Assembly (NCBI GenBank): GCA_048772705.1
Contig: JBLWGC010000208.1
Coordinates: 256,269 to 320,268 of the forward strand
DNA from: Leidyana gryllorum EB-2025a
Taxonomy: Eukaryota > Protista > Apicomplexa
DNA: 64,000 nucleotides
Reading direction: 5' to 3'
In this document: positions 58,616 through 64,000 of the stretch, piece after piece
How positions within the stretch are numbered: position 1 is the first letter of the stretch
Layout of the letters: each line of letters starts with the position of its first letter
Notes under the pieces: generated by a model
The model's database searches: none
Told to the model about the DNA's origin: nothing
What the model saw: only the letters and a program-made list of their open reading frames with translations
Made by a program: the position numbers and the translations under genes

Positions 58616-60445
58616 TCACCCACCGAGCGCCGGCCGTCTCTGCGCGGCATTTGTCTTCGCGCTGTCGCAATTGTGTTTAAGGAGGACAGGCGACTCGGCT
58701 CGTGTGGAGAAACCACATTTGGAGAGGAAGTCGAGAGTGTTCACCGGATTCCACCACACAGGATACTGTTTCAGTTCCACAGTATCTGGTGCGATCGGCT
58801 TGAGAGGCAGATAGTCCTCTATCTGGAAATCTTTGGTGAAAACGCGACGGTCACTAATGGGCACTTCGGTGCGAATCACTGCACTATGCTCCTTCATGAG
58901 TGAGGCCCTTCCGGTTTCGGGTGCAGATGGGGTCACTGTACCGATCTGTCGGAGAAGCTTCTGAATCTCCTCCTTGTCGCCCGCCAAAAGTGGAGCCAAA
59001 CTCATGCGTAAAATCTTATCGGTCGCGCCGTTCGCGGGCGACTTGAGATCTGTCGTCGAGTCGCGGATGATTAGTGTAGTCAGACCTTCGGCGAAAGCCA
59101 AACGCTGTCTACAGCCTTGTTGTGCAGGCGGGTACTCGGCCGCGACTGGGTCGATCGATCGGACAACGATCTCTAACTGGTCGCCGTTGTCTGAATCCCG
59201 TTTCACTCGGAAGAGAACATAGCGCTTATCGTGGAACTGAGCGGCTACTGACTTGAGGCCCCTCTCGAAGTAGCTCCAACCCAAGTGCGGGGCGAGCTTC
59301 GCTCCAGCGGGCGCGTTGTCGATGAAATTGTGGATCTGAGTGAGTACTCTGGAGATCACCTCGTGGTCGCCGCCAGCCTGGCCGCCACTGAAAGTACAGC
59401 TCGGAGCCCCAAAAGTTGTATAGACCGCTTGCGGGACAACGTTGGCACCACCCAGCCAACTCAAAGGTCTGAACTTTGACGAGTGCGGCTGAACACCGGT
59501 TTTGAGACTCTCCAGAGCGGCGTGAACCACGCGGGCGTGACGCTTTGGCGAAAGCTCGTCTCCAGTGTAAAAGTCTGCCAACCCTTCCACATCAAAGTAT
59601 GCGAGACTCTTGTAGAAGAACGCGTAGTCGGTCTGCATACAACTTCTGACCTCAGGATAGGTCTCCTGTATATACGTTGTCACTTTCCCGTCCATCTCGA
59701 AAAATGGATGTGGCACCACCAGCCAAGCCTGGATGGCACGGTCGTCGTGGTCCTGCGCCCAAACCCGTTGCAACGAAGTCGTCGACGGACGCCGATGAAA
59801 AATCACTGCGAGGTCGCCAAAGTTCATCACCCACGAGTTGTCCAAAGTGATCAGTCGCAAGTCTTCTAATCGCTCAAAAGGCAGCAAGCCTTCCATGGAT
59901 GAGGGTATCAACCACGAAAACGGCTCCTTCAACCTCTTCCCATCGGCACTCAGCACCTGTCTCGCAGATATCAACCCGTTGCTCGATATCAACCGCAGTT
60001 CTTCTAAAGCGCCGATCCCCTTGGCAAACTTGGCGTCGTTCCTCTTCACACACTTGCTGTAACGCCAGGTACCGTCAAACCCCTTCCCGTACAGCTCGTG
60101 CCACGCCTCCAAACCTGTCCTCGCGCCGACCTCAGCATCCTTCCAGCCGAGATAGCTCATCAAACCGGGTAGACGGGCAACCTCCGATATCATATACCTA
60201 TATCGCTTGAATTCCACTGAATCGAGCGCTGCGTGCTCATTCAGTTGTTTCGACCCTGGACTGTTCGCTGTGACCGTCACCACAGGCTCCATCTGTGACT
60301 CGAAGTTTGGCAACACTTTATCCACCGAGAGGACATCCCTCGCAACACTGACGACCACGTGCTGACATCCGATTCCTCTACCTCGTCGGTGACGATGATC
60401 CAACCGCATGGTGTGGGAAAGATTTTTCAAGCTTTTTTTCCACAT
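58616..60445 (-). CDS. Intronless hypothetical protein (~609 aa)
   Basis: Long uninterrupted ORF with globular composition; no recognised motif. Confidence 0.7.
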   Translation of the reverse strand: MWKKSLKNLSHTMRLDHRHRRGRGIGCQHVVVSVARDVLSVDKVLPNFESQMEPVVTVTANSPGSKQLNEHAALDSVEFKRYRYMISEVARLPGLMSYLGWKDAEVGARTGLEAWHELYGKGFDGTWRYSKCVKRNDAKFAKGIGALEELRLISSNGLISARQVLSADGKRLKEPFSWLIPSSMEGLLPFERLEDLRLITLDNSWVMNFGDLAVIFHRRPSTTSLQRVWAQDHDDRAIQAWLVVPHPFFEMDGKVTTYIQETYPEVRSCMQTDYAFFYKSLAYFDVEGLADFYTGDELSPKRHARVVHAALESLKTGVQPHSSKFRPLSWLGGANVVPQAVYTTFGAPSCTFSGGQAGGDHEVISRVLTQIHNFIDNAPAGAKLAPHLGWSYFERGLKSVAAQFHDKRYVLFRVKRDSDNGDQLEIVVRSIDPVAAEYPPAQQGCRQRLAFAEGLTTLIIRDSTTDLKSPANGATDKILRMSLAPLLAGDKEEIQKLLRQIGTVTPSAPETGRASLMKEHSAVIRTEVPISDRRVFTKDFQIEDYLPLKPIAPDTVELKQYPVWWNPVNTLDFLSKCGFSTRAESPVLLKHNCDSAKTNAAQRRPALGG

Positions 60446-60541
60446 CACACTCTCGACACCCTCTCAGCATGAGAAGACGACGGGGATACAAGAAGGGACT
60501 AACTAACTACTAAGTGTCCTGCATTCTGTTCCGAATGCCTA

Positions 60542-63053
60542 TCACACCACACCTTCTGCTGCCAATTCCGTCCGACGTCTCGGCAGTGCTTCCACGAACT
60601 GTCGCAAAGACTCCTTCATGTCACCGGGGGGATCACCCAGCAAAGCTTTCTGCGCACAATAGTCATGGAGACACAAGTCAACGAGCGTCGAACACACATA
60701 CATACACGCACAATCGCAAATGGACACTTACCAGATCCGCGAATGAGATGGTTTCTTTCTCCAATAGCAGATCCGCCACCATAAAGACTTCCTTCTCGCG
60801 CGCCTTGAGCAGTTTCAGACACTGTTCCCATTGTCGTCTCAGCAACACTTCGACTCTATTATCTATCCTCTGAGCCGTAGCCTCTGAGTGATTGCGCTGT
60901 TGGAAGGGATTTTGAGGGTTTGGTGGATACGACGCCAATCCCATCTCCTCGTCGAACCCAAGTTGAGAAACATATGACTGCGCCAACCACGTGGCTTTCT
61001 GCAAATCATCTGCCGCTCCAGTGGTTATGCTCCCCGCAAATAGATACTCTGCCGCCCGTCCACCCAGTAATACACACAACTTGCACAACAGCTCTTCGCG
61101 CGGTGCCAGCAGCAATTCGTCTGGCAGCTGTTGGGTATAGCCGAGGCTGCCAGATGCACGAGGAACTATTGATATTTTCAGCACAGGATCAGAGTGATGT
61201 AGAAACCATCCAGCCACAGCGTGACCAGCTTCGTGCAGTGCCACATGTCTCTTCATCGCAGAGGTCAACACCTCTCCAGTCTTTGTCAGTCCTCCAATCA
61301 GACGCTCCACCGACTGCTCGAGGTGGTCGAGGTTGACGCATTGGGCATCTGGAGAGGGAAGAGGGTGATACCGAAAGCTAAGGTGAGTGAACTCACTCTT
61401 GCGAGCTGCAAGGATTGCTGCCTCGTTACAAACTGATTTGATCTCTGCTCCCGTGAGCCCCGGAGTCAGGGCCGCCAGTCTGCGTGCAATTTCTGCGCGG
61501 TCATCTTCTTCGTCCAACTTGATTGGGCGGAGATGGATGTCGAAAATGGCTTTCCTCTCGCGGACGCTGGGCTTCCCGAGCGCTATCTGACGGTCGAATC
61601 GTCCGGGACGGGTCAATGCGGGGTCCAAGACGTCGCCTCTGTTGGTGCCCGCCATGATGACGACACCTGAGCGGGTGGTGAAGCCATCCATCTCGACGAG
61701 GAGGGCGTTAAGAGTGGATTCGCGTTCGTCGCTGCCCCCGTTGCCGGGAGCCCCAGCGGGGGCTCGGGACCGACCGATGGTATCGATCTCATCGATGAAG
61801 ACAATGGCCGGGGCGTTTTTGCGGGCGCGTTCGAAGAGATCACGAATGCGTGATGCCCCGATACCCACGAATAGTTCGATAAAGTCCGATCCAGACATTG
61901 AATAGAAAGGGACGTTTGCCTCTCCCGCGACGGCTTTGGCGAGCAGAGTTTTTCCTGTACCTGGGGGTCCAACTAAGAGGGCTCCTTTGGGCAGTGTTGC
62001 TCCAAGATCGAGGAACTTCTTGGGCATTTTGAGGAACTCTACGAATTCAGAGACCTCCTTTTTGGCCTGTTCGAGTCCAGCGACATCGCTGAAAGTCACT
62101 TTGGGGACGTCTTTGCCGAGAATTGGGTACGCTTTTCCAAATTTGAAGATCCGATCATTCGGGGAAGCGGCCTGTGAGATTTGGTGGCTGAGACTTGATC
62201 CACCAGCGATAGCGGAGGAGGTGTGTTGTGTGAAGGTGGATAGGGCGAGGGCGGTGAGAACCAATGAAGGAATGTACGCACGTGAGAGGCTAACGGGGTC
62301 GGTCTCTTCGCGATACACAATTGGAGGCAGCGGCTGTTTGTTACGGGTGGCATTGGAGATCAGAGACTCCAATCTCGAGCAGTCACCGACTTCGAAGCAG
62401 ACGACCTGATTCTTCAAGCTGCGGCTCGGCAGCAGAATCTTAGAGACTCGTTGTCCTATTTTGGTTTCACCGAGATCGAGCACAATGCGATCGAGACGGG
62501 AGGGTTCAGCAGGGGGAGGGAGAGATTGACGGTTGAGTTTCTGGTGAGCCAGATCTCTGTCAACGATTTGAGCAGCCGAGACTCCCGGTTTGAGCACAAC
62601 ACGGACAAAGGAACGATTAATTACTTCCACTCTCTCAATCAGATCATCATCGAGTACGTCGTGTAGAAAGGTACGGAATGAAATCTCATTCTCCATCAAC
62701 GTGTGATTGCGGGTAACATACCAAATAACCCCACACAACATCAGAATTAACACAGAGCTCACAGGTACCTCGACGGAGGTTCCTTTGTGGTGCTGATCAT
62801 TATTGTGCCATCCGCCGCCGTTGGTCAGCCATCGTGGCGGGTCGTGTTGAGACTGAGGGGCACGCCCAGAGTGATTAGTCTTAAAGGTGGCGACCGAATA
62901 ATCAGGTTGTTGGGGGGCCTTCTCCTTCTGGTCAGAAGGAGAGGGTGTAGGCTCGACTGTCGAGGTGGGCGCAATCTTCCGACCCCTCATCAGGAGCCTT
63001 GACGGCGACCACGTTGGCAGGTGTGCAGGAGTAATACCTTTGTTAGTCAACAT
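60542..63053 (-). CDS. ftsH: Mitochondrial m-AAA FtsH-family metalloprotease (AFG3/paraplegin-like), multi-exon
   Basis: Two TMs, Walker A GPPGTGKT, Walker B IVFIDEID, LDPALTRPGRFDR, HEAGH zinc motif; last exon KALLGDPP...* at 60542; start uncertain. Confidence 0.93.
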
Positions 63054-63187
63054 TGACACCAGCAAGTTGCAACTAGCTGTAGACCAGTGAGAAAGATTTG
63101 ACTGCCAACAGGAAGGAGACACACTGGGGTCCAGCCTCACTTTGTGATTTATTCTTTCATTCTTTCAAACGATTGTGTTCTGCCGAT

Positions 63188-64000
63188 ATGTTATCATCAG
63201 CGGCGGCAGCGAAACTATCTCTCTCCGCTTTCCACGGCCTACCGCGCTTCTTGATTCAAAGATGGGCGGCTGTCGATGTTCCCGTCCCCACCATGGGAGA
63301 GAGTATCACTGAGGGCACCATCCAGACTTGGCGTAAACAGCCTGGTGAGGTGGTTGAGGCCGACGAGGTCGTCGCCATCATTGACACCGACAAAATCTCC
63401 GTCGATGTCAACGCTCCCGTCAGTGGTCGTCTCCTCTCAATCGACGCTGGCGACGGAGACACAGTTTACGTTGGCAACAGATTGTTTGTGGTGGAGACTG
63501 ACCCGGACGTCAATGTGCCGACACCCTCCAACGAGGACTCCGGCGACGACTATGAGAGCGGAGCGCGTGCGAGCGCCACGCCGGCTGCTCAGGAAGCGTC
63601 CCCGTCGGCCCCAACCGAGACCGTTGCGACCGATCAGTGCAGATCGTACCCTTCCAGCGCCTCGACCTCTCCGTCCAGCGGAGACGGCCGGAGCGAGACG
63701 GTGGTCCCACTGAGTCGAATGCGTCAACGGATCGGCGAACGTCTCAAGTCTGCTCAGTCTGACGGTGTACTGCTCACGACCTTCCAAGAATGTGATATGG
63801 GCAATGTTATGGAGCTGCGCAAGCGTATCGGCCCGGCTATCTTGGAGAAGTACAACACCAAGTTGGGTTTCATGTCCTTCTTCATCGCTGCATGTGCAAA
63901 AGCTCTCCAAAAGTATCCGGGCGTCAATTCGGGTGAGGTTCAATTTCAAATCGGGTGATCCGATCCTGAGATCTCGATCTCTTTCTTAGTTGCTTCGGCA
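63188..64000 (+). CDS. DLST: Dihydrolipoyllysine succinyltransferase (2-oxoglutarate dehydrogenase E2), 5' partial
   Basis: Mitochondrial-type presequence; VPTMGESITEG...IDTDKISVDV lipoyl domain; LSRMRQRIGERLKSAQ...LTTFQECDM...KLGFMSFF; runs off the window. Confidence 0.93.

Overview
Eukaryotic, highly compact nuclear DNA with many short GT-AG introns (mostly ~40-60 nt, GTRAG donors). The gene content points to an apicomplexan, probably gregarine-like, protist: an ApiAP2-like factor, an oocyst-wall-like Cys-rich protein, a ppGalNAc-transferase and a COPI-associated EF-hand protein. The taxonomy is inference. About 35 protein genes were reconstructed by manual splicing. Housekeeping genes include a DHHC palmitoyltransferase, CELF-like RRM protein, RWDD1, TECR, RPB9, ATG4, homoserine kinase, PP1, a 3'-5' exonuclease, CCT2, EHD, GALNT, FtsH/AFG3 and DLST. 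An accessory-looking block at ~11.7-25.2 kb contains an intronless bacterial-type DcuA/B C4-dicarboxylate transporter, a decaying pseudogene, orphan ORFs and a tail-to-tail pair of large intronless paralogues. That pair carries motifs resembling filamentous-haemagglutinin/CdiA repeats plus a C-terminal membrane hairpin and is the best candidate for an undescribed system. Other highlights: a long, strand-specifically structured intron in PP1; a divergent ARPC4-like ORF fused or stop/start-coupled to a C9orf78-like gene; two tandem Cys-containing microprotein genes; and extreme gene packing (ATGs 8 nt apart, abutting stop codons). No rRNA, tRNA, CRISPR array or recognisable transposon was seen. 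All homology calls are from motif recognition by eye, not database searches.
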